A stretch of DNA of 64,000 nucleotides from Klebsiella phage vB_KpM_FBKp24. The stretch is taken from the sequence record MW394391.1. One strand, written 5' to 3'. Shown here piece by piece: positions 1 to 9,519 of the stretch; the stretch's first letter is position 1, and every line of letters begins with the position of its first letter. The notes under the pieces are model-generated. The model was not told the DNA's origin and ran no database searches. It was given only the letters and a program-made list of their open reading frames with translations. The position numbers and the translations under genes are program-made.

Positions 1-2302
1 CTTTAAACGTACTATTGACGGGCAAATTCGAAAATCTTATAATGCCATTGGAGGTTTCGGACGTTGACCCTGACGTTAACTTAGTGCGATAGCATATTCT
101 AGCGCCCTTCAACTGAATAGGCGCTCTGGCACCGTAGGGAGAGACGCCATAGGTAGATCTTCCATACGTGTAAGTCGAACCGTCACTAGTAGGGTATGCT
201 AAATTATCCCAAACGTTGTAACTATTAGTTCCGCCTGCAGATGGAACAATAACAGAACCATCGGTATAACCATATTGGTTGTCGTCATTTTCCCAACGAA
301 CGTCGACTAATGCGTTTGTACTCTCGGTTACGAAAGTCCTTACTAAATCGCCGAAATTACCTTGTTTCACTCCGTCAAATCGAGTATGGACCGTACTCTC
401 TACAAAACCAGAATATGCTCTGACATAAAAGATTATTTGCGGATCATTAGTATATGTCGTCCCTACCCATCCACCAACGTCAAATGTCGAGGAATACATA
501 AACGCACGATCGGCACTATTACCACCGCCCAAGACAACTGCGCGACTTGACTTACCGACGGCAGAGCCAAAGTTAAAATAGTATCTCTTAACTGTTGTAC
601 CGTAGAAACTTTGCCAGGCTGATTTTGAATAAAAGAGAATACCCTGCAAACAATGACGTATGTTTAAGTTATCTGCATAGAAGTTTTCTGTCCAAGAAAT
701 CTCGTTGCAGACAACGACAGCGGCAGATAAAATGTAACCATGTGCGTGGAAATTAACTAGTTCGTTACCCCAGCCATCGGCGAATCTCGCAAAATGTAAG
801 GGGTTAACTTTGTCCTCACAAAATGCGTAGATCCCCGAAATCTTACCGGGGTTCCAGCAAGGGGCACCTGCGTTCGTGTTAAAGAATTTTATCCCGTACG
901 TTTCCCCGCTTGTGGCATATTTGTGATTTATTTTTACCGTGTCCATCCCTGTTCCATCACCACCTCGAATATGTAACGGGTAGTTAGTAACATCGATAGA
1001 AACGCTGCCGTAAAAGGTATACATTGTATTATTTGGCGGGATAATAATAAGAGGTATACCACCATCTCTTGAACATTTAACCGCGTTCTTTAACGGAGTT
1101 GTAATGTCACTACCTTCAGTAACTCCGTACTCTGAAAGATTAATTTCCCTTTTCTCCCTGATTCTCTCCCAGTAATACCCATTCCCAGCCGCGACTGTGC
1201 CTCCGTCATCGGTCCCTGTCCCTATATGCCCAATGAATTGACCCCCGCCCGAAGTACTCCCAGTGTAATACCCCTTCAGGTTTACTTTCTCGCCTTCAAA
1301 ATTAGGTCTTCTGTTTCTGAGATCATCGAAGGAGTTTACGCCGTAGAACCCCTGAACTACTTGCTCCAGGCTTACGCCGTAAGAAGTATTCACTTTGGTA
1401 GCGCCAGTTGTTTGGCCTAGCGTTAAGAGAACCTCAGCCGGCGTCCCTGATACCTGTGCGGTAATAATCGAGCGAGAACCACCGAGTAAGACTTCAACAA
1501 CGTCGTTCGCTTTCAGCGCTTTCGAAAGATTAATTTTCAGCCCGGTGCTGTCTACTTCGTAGTGTTTATTCAGAACTTGTTTTGAGCCGTTGATGTAAAT
1601 GGCAGGAACCGTACTGAACGTCCACGACGGGGTAAGCGATGTTTCCCCGCCCACTGCTGCGCCGTCGTTATATAACCACGTTACGTTGACGTAGTCAGTA
1701 ATCCCGGGTTCCACAGGCGTCACAGGAGTACCTGGGTATGGTCTGACGTAGAAGACAACGAAAGCACCGGCGGTTAATGCGCCTTTTAATTTTACTTTGT
1801 TCGATAACCGATCGAACGTATAGTTCAACCCTTTGAACTGATGTCCGCCATTCAAGAACATCTCTGAGACATCAAAACAGTCGAACGGTAACGCGATCTC
1901 TGTCTCGCCGCCGTTAGCAGAACCGTTGTTATACAGGTAGCTAACGTATGACGTATAGGAGCCGAATTTACCATCAGCCATCATTTTCCCGGTGCCGTAG
2001 ATAACCGGTGTATTGTCTTTATAAAGGGCTGTGGCAGAAGCACCGTTGACGTTAGTAAACGCAGCGACGTAGAATTGGCTCTCGTCGGTATAGACGTAGA
2101 AGATTTCATCTTTGACGGTGGCCGCAATACCTTCTGCGAGGGTTTCGTAAGCGTTTTCAAAGAGAAGGTTAGCGCGAAGATTATTTAGGGTGGTGCGGTA
2201 TGTTTCCTTTTCAGCGCCCGCTACTGCCACTGGCAATAGAGCAGATTCTGGAACAATACCCTTACTCGAAAGTTCGGAAATTTTTCTTGTGTTATTGGCC
2301 AT
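1..2302 (-). CDS. Tailspike/depolymerase-like protein A, partial (the window cuts off the C-terminal end). ATG at 2302.
   Basis: Hand translation from the minus-strand ATG at 2302 gives MANNTRKISELSSKGIVPESALLPVAVAGAEKETYRTTLNNLRANLLFENAYETLAEGIAATVKDEIFYVYTDES. This carries the same adaptor motif as the five other tailspikes. The frame stays open to the window edge. It is not in the ORF track because the stop codon lies outside the window. Confidence 0.6.
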   Translation of the reverse strand, partial: MANNTRKISELSSKGIVPESALLPVAVAGAEKETYRTTLNNLRANLLFENAYETLAEGIAATVKDEIFYVYTDESQFYVAAFTNVNGASATALYKDNTPVIYGTGKMMADGKFGSYTSYVSYLYNNGSANGGETEIALPFDCFDVSEMFLNGGHQFKGLNYTFDRLSNKVKLKGALTAGAFVVFYVRPYPGTPVTPVEPGITDYVNVTWLYNDGAAVGGETSLTPSWTFSTVPAIYINGSKQVLNKHYEVDSTGLKINLSKALKANDVVEVLLGGSRSIITAQVSGTPAEVLLTLGQTTGATKVNTSYGVSLEQVVQGFYGVNSFDDLRNRRPNFEGEKVNLKGYYTGSTSGGGQFIGHIGTGTDDGGTVAAGNGYYWERIREKREINLSEYGVTEGSDITTPLKNAVKCSRDGGIPLIIIPPNNTMYTFYGSVSIDVTNYPLHIRGGDGTGMDTVKINHKYATSGETYGIKFFNTNAGAPCWNPGKISGIYAFCEDKVNPLHFARFADGWGNELVNFHAHGYILSAAVVVCNEISWTENFYADNLNIRHCLQGILFYSKSAWQSFYGTTVKRYYFNFGSAVGKSSRAVVLGGGNSADRAFMYSSTFDVGGWVGTTYTNDPQIIFYVRAYSGFVESTVHTRFDGVKQGNFGDLVRTFVTESTNALVDVRWENDDNQYGYTDGSVIVPSAGGTNSYNVWDNLAYPTSDGSTYTYGRSTYGVSPYGARAPIQLKGARICYRTKLTSGSTSETSNGIIRFSNLPVNSTFK

Positions 2303-2340
2303 TGCAAGAAACCTCATTGTCGGCAATAGGGCTGTAAAAA

Positions 2341-2357
2341 TAGTCATAGGAAAACAA
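2341..2357 (-). promoter_or_regulatory. Putative late-promoter element TTGTTTTCCTATGACTA (minus strand) upstream of tailspike A.
   Basis: It directly abuts hairpin 2358-2387. The TATG core lies 46 nt before the ATG at 2302. Confidence 0.4.
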
Positions 2358-2387
2358 ATAGAGAGGGGCCGAAAAGCCCCTCTCTAT
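2358..2387 (-). terminator. GC hairpin ATAGAGAGGGG-ccgaaaag-CCCCTCTCTAT, between tailspike B and tailspike A.
   Basis: Perfect 11-bp stem. It is followed on the minus strand by TTGTTTTCCTATGAC. Confidence 0.6.
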
Positions 2388-2469
2388 GATTATTGTTACA
2401 CACGTTATCACAAAGTTGAATTGTAATCAAAGCTTACAATTACCACAAATGTTTTCGCTTCCCTGTAAA

Positions 2470-4698
2470 TTAAATTAAGCTTTTCGCAATAACAGTAGGC
2501 GGCACATTAGCAATAGCTGCTGCAGTTACTGTCGCGGATGCGACGATATCGAGAATACCCGCGCCTGTTGTCGCATCAAACCTGACTACACGGTAAGTTC
2601 CGGTCGCGCCTGCGATGGAAATAAAAGCACCTTCGTAGAGTCCGTTTGGGTTTTGGAAAGTTACTGACCGACTACCACTGGTGGTGGTTACTGTACCGGA
2701 TATTGTATCTAACGTTCCCGAAAGTACAACTCTGTATTCGTTCCAGCGAGTCGCACTAGGCACCGTCGTTCGCACGATACTTCCCTGAATGTGGGTACCG
2801 CTGATAAGACCGGGGGCGCCAGTTAAGTCAGTTACCGTCTTATCTGGTCCGCGATAACCACCGTTATTGGTGCCAAAATAAATACCGCCATCCCCTACGT
2901 TGTTAGCGAAGAAGCTGTCAGGGTGAATAATATTCACGTTCACAAAACGCCCGTCGGTAGAAGTCCCAGTACGGTATTGATAAGGAGCAACGTTGTTAAC
3001 CATGTAGACAATTAAATCTGACATGTTAGCGCGAATCCAGAAGAAAGACCCTGCCGTAAAGCCAGAAAGTACGGATTTATTCCAATTACTTCCTCTATTG
3101 TTTGTCCAGCGCCAACGACCGGCTTTACTTGGAGTATAAGTGATTGTACTAGGGGTGTTATTCACCATTACAGCCCCGGACGAACCTTCGTCAAAATCAT
3201 TATTATCAAGAACAAAGATATTATCTACTTGTTGGAGATTGATCCAGTAACGCGCGTTGGTCGAACCTAATCGTTGATTTTTAAAGGTATTAGAACGAAC
3301 ATAAAGATTACTAATCCTTTGCCCTTCTCCACTAGTTACTTGGTTAATACCGCCGTAACAATTATCTGAAATATTATTTTCAAAATAAATATTATCATAG
3401 GTACAAGTACCTGTGTTCCAAGAACGAATGCGTAATGGACAGGTTTCAATATTACCTTCATTAGTGGAATAAATATTGAAAAACTGATTACCCTGAATAA
3501 CTATGTTTTTGATGTAAGCGCCGTTAGGGGAATTGTCGTCATTTGTCAAATAAACACCTGACTGTATCGAAGTATCGACCAAGTTATTTTTAATAATCAC
3601 ATTTTGCACGTACGTATACAACTTAAACGCGGCCTGTGTGTTTGAAACTTTGTTATCGCTGATCAGAGCATTGTTTACTGGATAATTAGGGTCGAAACTT
3701 CCGCATGAGATTGCGTCATCCCCCACTCGTTCCACTTTATTATTCTGTGCAGTGATGTCGGTTGTGCGATAAAAATGAATTCCATCAGTACCGGCCTTCA
3801 CCGTGTTACCGCCAATATGATCGTGAACGTAACAGTTACGTACAGTGACATTTTTAGAATAATCGAATTGAATACCGTAACCGATAGCATTGGCTTCGTC
3901 AACAAACTCAATCACACCATCGCCAGAGTTAGAAATATACAACGACTTAGGGCCAATTGTCCCAGTGTAACTATTGTAGTTAGGGCGGGTTATTTTAAAA
4001 TGACCAAAGTAGTGTCGGTACTTTGTTACGCTGACTGATTCCGAACCAATCCTAATTCCTTGTCCTAGATGGTTAATTCTGAACTCGGTCAGACTCATAC
4101 CGGCCCCTCTGAAAATGACTCCCTGAGTAGGGACTATGACTGGGGCGTCAAGACGATAGATACCTGGTTTTTGCTGGTAAATGACCTTACCGGAATTGAA
4201 AGCAGCAGTAACAGCGGAGCTACTATCAGTATTCCCGCTAGGGTCCGCACCATATTGTTCCAACGTCGCATATCCCAAAACATCCTCAAGATACCCTTTA
4301 TCTTGCAAAGGAATAATTTTAGTCCCGCCGACCTCACTAACGAGCGCAGCCGATGTTATCTTCCTACTTGTCGGTAATCTTACCTGATTATTGTCATATC
4401 CTAATACTGGGTTAGCAACGCCCGACACATTCTGATATTGCAACACCCACAGTTTTGCAACTGTTTCATAGACGAAGAAGACATCGCCCGACACAGTAGC
4501 ATCTAGTCCAGCGTCTACAGATAAGAAAGCGTTATCAAAGCCCAGAGTTTGGCGAAGATCGTTGATCTTAGTTGCTTTGGTAAATGCGACGCCTGCATCG
4601 GTCTTTGCGTTAATAGGGACGACGTCATTTTCTTTAATGACGCCTGCATCACCTAGTTCAGAAATTTTGATTCCAATGGAATCTGGCAATTTAGGCAT
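2470..4698 (-). CDS. Tailspike/depolymerase-like protein B (742 aa), beta-helix body.
   Basis: The N-terminus KISELGDAG...INDLRQTLGFDNAF...DVFFVYET matches the shared adaptor. The body is rich in N-, G- and V-containing repeats, typical of a right-handed beta-helix. A hairpin plus the TATGAT motif lies upstream. Confidence 0.75.
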   Translation of the reverse strand: MPKLPDSIGIKISELGDAGVIKENDVVPINAKTDAGVAFTKATKINDLRQTLGFDNAFLSVDAGLDATVSGDVFFVYETVAKLWVLQYQNVSGVANPVLGYDNNQVRLPTSRKITSAALVSEVGGTKIIPLQDKGYLEDVLGYATLEQYGADPSGNTDSSSAVTAAFNSGKVIYQQKPGIYRLDAPVIVPTQGVIFRGAGMSLTEFRINHLGQGIRIGSESVSVTKYRHYFGHFKITRPNYNSYTGTIGPKSLYISNSGDGVIEFVDEANAIGYGIQFDYSKNVTVRNCYVHDHIGGNTVKAGTDGIHFYRTTDITAQNNKVERVGDDAISCGSFDPNYPVNNALISDNKVSNTQAAFKLYTYVQNVIIKNNLVDTSIQSGVYLTNDDNSPNGAYIKNIVIQGNQFFNIYSTNEGNIETCPLRIRSWNTGTCTYDNIYFENNISDNCYGGINQVTSGEGQRISNLYVRSNTFKNQRLGSTNARYWINLQQVDNIFVLDNNDFDEGSSGAVMVNNTPSTITYTPSKAGRWRWTNNRGSNWNKSVLSGFTAGSFFWIRANMSDLIVYMVNNVAPYQYRTGTSTDGRFVNVNIIHPDSFFANNVGDGGIYFGTNNGGYRGPDKTVTDLTGAPGLISGTHIQGSIVRTTVPSATRWNEYRVVLSGTLDTISGTVTTTSGSRSVTFQNPNGLYEGAFISIAGATGTYRVVRFDATTGAGILDIVASATVTAAAIANVPPTVIAKSLI

Positions 4699-4724
4699 TT
4701 TTCCACCCTCAGGGTTAAAAGAAA

Positions 4725-4744
4725 GTTAATCATACGAAACAAAA
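4725..4744 (-). promoter_or_regulatory. Putative late-promoter element TTTTGTTTCGTATGATTAAC (minus strand) upstream of tailspike B.
   Basis: It abuts hairpin 4746-4769. TATG lies 36 nt before the ATG. Confidence 0.45.
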
Positions 4745-4745
4745 C

Positions 4746-4769
4746 TGAGAGGGGCGTAAACCCCTCTCA
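4746..4769. terminator. GC hairpin TGAGAGGGG-cgtaaa-CCCCTCTCA in the divergent spacer between tailspikes B and C. It belongs to the hairpin-promoter cassette and is not a terminator of either flanking gene.
   Basis: 9-bp stem. It is immediately followed on the minus strand by TTTTGTTTCGTATGATTAAC. Confidence 0.5.
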
Positions 4770-4861
4770 ACGTATGTTTAATAATGTTTCACTTGCAATG
4801 ACAGAACAGCGGTTGATAAATCGTGGGAGTATAACCAATCTTAATCACGGTCACGATAGTC

Positions 4862-4876
4862 AATGCTATGATACGA
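4862..4876 (+). promoter_or_regulatory. Putative late-promoter element AATGCTATGATACGA upstream of tailspike C.
   Basis: TATGAT lies 41 nt before the ATG. There is no adjacent hairpin, so this is a weaker match. Confidence 0.3.
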
Positions 4877-4907
4877 TTGACTATTAGAGACAATATAAGG
4901 TAAAATT

Positions 4908-7121
4908 ATGGCCAGTGAGATCTATGTAAAGCTCAGTGAAATGGATCGCCCATCAAAACCGGTAAACGATTCCGATCTGGTTTTTATTGCACAAAATGAA
5001 TCAGGGGTTGTTGAGTCTAAAGCGGCGGCCATCTCTGATCTGCGCGCGCTTCTTAATTTTGAAAATGCTTACACTACCACCACACTAGGTTTAGCCGATA
5101 CTGAAGCTAACCAAATCTTCTACGTTTTTGTCGATGCAACAAAAACGACAGTAAAATCTTATATTAATCGTAACGGCATCGCGGAGGCTATCCTTAACGC
5201 GGACGGCACTTTAAAAATCAATTACACTCTCGTCGGAATCGACGCTATTCAGAAAGAAATTAATTCCGTTTATTCCACGGGTGGGTCCAATAGCGTCGGT
5301 CATGTAAGAACAGAGATTGAGTCAAATTCAGCTAGTGTGGCAAAAACGCTGAACGGGCTCCCGGTTAACATTTGGGAATTTTCTAATTTAGTGACTAAAA
5401 AAGACAACCCGAATGATCCCTCTACTTGGGACTGGTCGCCAGCTGTAAGCGCAGCTATTGATAAGTGTATTTATCAAAAGCAAATTAATATCTCCAACGC
5501 ACAAAGATATTGTTCAGGTTGGCTCTTCTTCCCACCGGGAAAATATAGATTAGACAGTAAAATTGTCAAAGATTTAAGTTCTATTACGTACGAGACAGGT
5601 AAACCCCGTTTTAGGATTATGGGCCAAGGGGCTTACATTTCTTCTAATGTTAATAAGGATTATTTGTTAACGTTTACTGGTGGTAGATTGGAAATGGACG
5701 GAATAACGTTCATTAAAGAACCGGGTATTTTTGCTTACTACATTAAACTCGGAAGTGAAGTGACTGCTAACTCAATGGCCGTTGGCGGGAGATTCTCTAA
5801 TCTTAACTTCATGTCGCCCACTAAAGCGATAACCTTCGGTCAGTGTTACGATGCAGTATTTGATTGCATCTACATGACTGGGTTTGTTGCAGTTGACGAT
5901 AGCGATACAAATAACCCTGCGACGGGGATTCATATCTTACCTCAAGCCACGGACAACTCCAACAACATCGTGTTCATCAGACCACACATTGAAACGTCGT
6001 ACACTAAAAACTACATAGCTATTAAAGTAGATCCAACTTCTACCTCCAGTACACACCACAACATTAAATTTGAAGGCGGTCATATTGAGACGCACTTCTA
6101 CGGAGCGAAGTGGTTTAGTTTAGGCGGCGGTACTCAGTTTAATTTCGACACTGTAGTTTTTACAGACAACGGGTCAGGTGGTACGGATACTGCGGGCACT
6201 TACGAATTAGGGTACATCAACCAAGGGATTGTTAAATTTACCGGTTGTACTTTCCAAACACTAAGAAAATCTAGTGTTGCGTATGACAGTTCGATTCACA
6301 CTTCAATGATAAGGTTCGGATCTAGCACTAACACTGGTCGAATTTTCGACAGTTGCTATTTCTCATCGGCATTTTCCGAAGTCTCTGGTAACGGCACGAT
6401 CGCTCCGATTTTTGATGTCAGTGCAAGTACCCAGGGTAAAAGAGCGTACCAACTTATTAACTGCGCAATTAATAATTTTACCAGAAGAATATCAAGTGGT
6501 TTAATTCTTAATGATCTTAAAGTTGCGACAAGGAAATATATTGTCGATGTTGATAGTGACAACAATAGCGCCCTATCTATTTACTACACTAACACCGATG
6601 GATCTTTCAATCCAACTACTCCGATCCTTTCGGTGGCGCAAGATGGAACAATAAGTGGCTACCTCATTAAAACTACGGCTTCAATTTCAAGCGGAAATAT
6701 TCTCCAAATTGGGAATAACAATACTACTGCTGGCGATCGAAGACTGGATTTCTACCCGTACGGCAACACTACTTTAGGAGGTAGAATTTTACTTGGTAAC
6801 ACCGGACCGATGACTTTTACTAGTTATTTATCCGGTATGAACTTTGTTGCTAACGGAGGCGCTAGTCAGTTTAATTTCATGGGGTCAGTAGTACCGAATA
6901 GCAACGCGAACTATGACTTTGGTTCCGCAGCGCTTTCGTGGAAGAACGCTTACTTTACCGGGACTATAACTGTCAACGGTAATCCCGTAGGAGTTAAAGT
7001 AGCGGTACCTTCCTCGGCTACTTCGGCGGGTAGCGTTGGTCAATGGGCGGCTGATACAAATTATCTTTACGTTTGCATCGCCACAAATACTTGGGTGCGG
7101 TCAGCATTGACTACCTGGTAA
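4908..7121 (+). CDS. Tailspike/depolymerase-like protein C (737 aa).
   Basis: The N-terminus KLSEM...ISDLRALLNFENAY...IFYVFVDATKT is an adaptor variant. It has a beta-helix-like body with NN-rich repeats and an upstream TATGAT motif. Confidence 0.7.
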   Translation: MASEIYVKLSEMDRPSKPVNDSDLVFIAQNESGVVESKAAAISDLRALLNFENAYTTTTLGLADTEANQIFYVFVDATKTTVKSYINRNGIAEAILNADGTLKINYTLVGIDAIQKEINSVYSTGGSNSVGHVRTEIESNSASVAKTLNGLPVNIWEFSNLVTKKDNPNDPSTWDWSPAVSAAIDKCIYQKQINISNAQRYCSGWLFFPPGKYRLDSKIVKDLSSITYETGKPRFRIMGQGAYISSNVNKDYLLTFTGGRLEMDGITFIKEPGIFAYYIKLGSEVTANSMAVGGRFSNLNFMSPTKAITFGQCYDAVFDCIYMTGFVAVDDSDTNNPATGIHILPQATDNSNNIVFIRPHIETSYTKNYIAIKVDPTSTSSTHHNIKFEGGHIETHFYGAKWFSLGGGTQFNFDTVVFTDNGSGGTDTAGTYELGYINQGIVKFTGCTFQTLRKSSVAYDSSIHTSMIRFGSSTNTGRIFDSCYFSSAFSEVSGNGTIAPIFDVSASTQGKRAYQLINCAINNFTRRISSGLILNDLKVATRKYIVDVDSDNNSALSIYYTNTDGSFNPTTPILSVAQDGTISGYLIKTTASISSGNILQIGNNNTTAGDRRLDFYPYGNTTLGGRILLGNTGPMTFTSYLSGMNFVANGGASQFNFMGSVVPNSNANYDFGSAALSWKNAYFTGTITVNGNPVGVKVAVPSSATSAGSVGQWAADTNYLYVCIATNTWVRSALTTW

Positions 7122-7124
7122 CTC

Positions 7125-7154
7125 ATAGAGGAGGGCGAAATCGCCCTCCTCTAT
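7125..7154 (+). terminator. Hairpin ATAGAGGAGGGCGA-aa-TCGCCCTCCTCTAT after tailspike C.
   Basis: 14-bp stem followed by TTTGTTTCGTATGACC. Confidence 0.65.
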
Positions 7155-7170
7155 TTTGTTTCGTATGACC
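7155..7170 (+). promoter_or_regulatory. Putative late-promoter element TTTGTTTCGTATGACC upstream of tailspike D.
   Basis: It abuts hairpin 7125-7154. TATG lies 35 nt before the ATG. Confidence 0.45.
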
Positions 7171-7198
7171 ATTTTCAAATAATAACCGGAGCCAGATA

Positions 7199-9454
7199 AT
7201 GTCCGATATTTTTTCTCAAAAGATCTCTGAGTTACAGTCCAGTACAGGGCCGAGTGAAAACGCCTATTTCCCTCTTTCTGAAGCCAATAACGACTTCTCA
7301 GAGAAGGTGAGTATCACTACCTTAAGGGAAACTATTGGTTTTGAGAATGCTTTCCCTACCGTCGCTATTGCGTTACTGGCGACTAAAGAAAGCGACGTCT
7401 TCTTCGTTTATGAGGACGATAAAAAAGAAAACGTTTTGGGTTATGTCAATCAGGGTAACGGGAGTTATTCTGCCTTGATGACTGACAGTAACACTCAGCT
7501 GCGCTATGCTACAAGTAGCTTTGTTGTTAATAGTTTATTCTTTTTGCGGGGCGCGGAGAGTTTCGAAGAACTTAGAACAATTAAGCCATGGTACGAAGGA
7601 CAACGCATTAAACTTAAGAGTTACTACGTTAACGGTTTAACGGGTGGCGGTGAGTTTGTTGCGCGATTAACAGGCGGTGTAGATGACGGCGGTTTTATCG
7701 CGGCGGGAGAAGGGTATTATTGGGAACGTGCTGGCGATGAAATCTCACTTAACAATTACGGGGTCTATTATCAGGATATAAATGCAAACGGGAAAATTAA
7801 TTTCTCTAACGCCGTTCAATCTGCAATTAATAGGGCCAAAAATAAAAAGCTTCCGCTTATTACTAATTTCCCATCTGAAAACCATTACGTTAAAGGTGGG
7901 ATTTACCTCGAATCAGGTATTGATATTACAGGAATAAAATCGATCGAGGGGGCGTTACCCATTATCATCGATTCTTCCATTTTTACGGGTCTGAACGCTA
8001 TCGGTTACCCCGGTATAACATGGGTCCTGTTAAATATTAATGGCTCTTTAGGTACGGACGGTATGATATTCGGTACCAGTGTAGGTAATCAGACCCTTGA
8101 TACAATAGCGATAAGGGATCTTAATCCCAGATCAAAACCTTTAGGCGGGCAATTACACACTTTTTCTGGTACCACAATTAACGGTGCGCTTTGTGCTACC
8201 GGTTTTGATGGCCCTGGTGTTTATCTCTCAAACTGTTACGATTCTAATATTCAAGATATTCGGGCCATCGAATCAGGGAATATTTCTTGGTGGTCCATTT
8301 CGATAGATTCATATCCCAAAGACAGTACTTCTTCGCTGGACACCTCCAATCATTTAGTGATTGGGAGTATTGAACCTCACGATTGCCATGAACGAATTTT
8401 GAATGTCAACGCCTCCGCTTCCTCGGTCGACCATATACATGAAGAAGCGAGCTATGTAACGGACACAACTACTTGGGGTTCGGCTACGGTTTCTAGTAAC
8501 GGTTTTGGGTGGACGAACACGCTTCTGGCTGGTTGGTGTTCTCGCTTTGGTGTGGTAAGGGTTCTACCGAAGAGCACTAATACAGGAAAGCATGTAACGA
8601 CGGTAGTCTCAGATCAAATTTCTATCGATACTTTTCAGACAGAAGGGAACCTCGGCCTCCATTTCACTTATACAAACCCCGTGAAAGGTTCTTCGTACGG
8701 AACAATTGAAGTAGGTACCGATCTTTATATTACGACCAATGTTCCGGGTTCGATAGGTCATTGTTTAGTAAAAGGCGCTAATTCCGTCGTCACTCAGCTC
8801 AGTAAGAAACTTAATGTTAGATCAATGATGATCACGGGGTCTTCTTCATCACTTGTTGACTCTGGTGGCGTATACGGGAACTTAGAGGCTATTGTCGCAA
8901 CTATCGATAGCGGCGTAGTCAGTAAAGGTTCTATAACCACCTTAACGTCTACAGGAAGTACTTCCCTCTCTAACATCGGTATTGTTACTCTCACTTTAAA
9001 CGGGACACGGACAACGGTCAAAGATTGTTACATCAGTGGTGTTTCTAGTTTTTCTGGGGATGGAGTTGTATCAGGGACTACACTTGTTGGAGCAAGCAGT
9101 TTTTCTGGATCGTTTACTTGTTTCGGTATCAAAACAAACGCGAATTTATCTATCAGTAACACCTCTGCGCAGACATATAACTTCTCTTTACGTGATTCGT
9201 TTATTAATGGGCAACTTTCAATAACGAACTACGTTAAAGTGAACATCGACTTCGTCAGGGTCATTAATCTTTACATTTCCATTACTAGCGGATTCTTACT
9301 TCTTTCAAATATCCAAATGACCGGGTCATTAACGGGGAATGTAATAAGTTCAACCAACGTCCCGGCTTTGGGTTCTTCGACGACTGACCCTACTAATGGA
9401 AATAGTTACATTTTCCAATCTGGGGGTTGGAAAATGATAAATATAACTGCATAG
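7199..9454 (+). CDS. Tailspike/depolymerase-like protein D (751 aa).
   Basis: Adaptor sequence MSDIFSQKISEL...LRETIGFENAF...VFFVYED. It shares a further ~100-aa module with protein E (LRTIKPWYEGQRIKLKSYYVNGLTGGGEFVA). A hairpin plus TTTCGTATGACC sits 35 nt upstream. Confidence 0.75.
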   Translation: MSDIFSQKISELQSSTGPSENAYFPLSEANNDFSEKVSITTLRETIGFENAFPTVAIALLATKESDVFFVYEDDKKENVLGYVNQGNGSYSALMTDSNTQLRYATSSFVVNSLFFLRGAESFEELRTIKPWYEGQRIKLKSYYVNGLTGGGEFVARLTGGVDDGGFIAAGEGYYWERAGDEISLNNYGVYYQDINANGKINFSNAVQSAINRAKNKKLPLITNFPSENHYVKGGIYLESGIDITGIKSIEGALPIIIDSSIFTGLNAIGYPGITWVLLNINGSLGTDGMIFGTSVGNQTLDTIAIRDLNPRSKPLGGQLHTFSGTTINGALCATGFDGPGVYLSNCYDSNIQDIRAIESGNISWWSISIDSYPKDSTSSLDTSNHLVIGSIEPHDCHERILNVNASASSVDHIHEEASYVTDTTTWGSATVSSNGFGWTNTLLAGWCSRFGVVRVLPKSTNTGKHVTTVVSDQISIDTFQTEGNLGLHFTYTNPVKGSSYGTIEVGTDLYITTNVPGSIGHCLVKGANSVVTQLSKKLNVRSMMITGSSSSLVDSGGVYGNLEAIVATIDSGVVSKGSITTLTSTGSTSLSNIGIVTLTLNGTRTTVKDCYISGVSSFSGDGVVSGTTLVGASSFSGSFTCFGIKTNANLSISNTSAQTYNFSLRDSFINGQLSITNYVKVNIDFVRVINLYISITSGFLLLSNIQMTGSLTGNVISSTNVPALGSSTTDPTNGNSYIFQSGGWKMINITA

Positions 9455-9456
9455 TT

Positions 9457-9490
9457 AAAAACTCAGTCCTAAAAAGGACTGAGTTTTTTA
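9457..9490. terminator. Hairpin AAAAACTCAGTCCT-aaaa-AGGACTGAGTTTTTT after tailspike D.
   Basis: 10-bp stem flanked by an A tract and a T tract, giving rho-independent terminator geometry in both directions. Confidence 0.7.
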
Positions 9491-9500
9491 TATGACCACC
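9485..9500 (+). promoter_or_regulatory. Putative late-promoter element TTTTTTATATGACCACC upstream of tailspike E.
   Basis: It overlaps the T tract of hairpin 9457-9490. TATG lies 29 nt before the ATG. Confidence 0.4.
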
Positions 9501-9519
9501 TCCATTCAGGATTAAAGAC

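Noticed and set aside
3775-4387. Plus-strand ORFs of 87, 102 and 68 aa, and a minus-strand 67-aa ORF, inside tailspike B.
   Set aside because: They are shadow ORFs embedded in a long, well-supported coding frame, and they lack an RBS.
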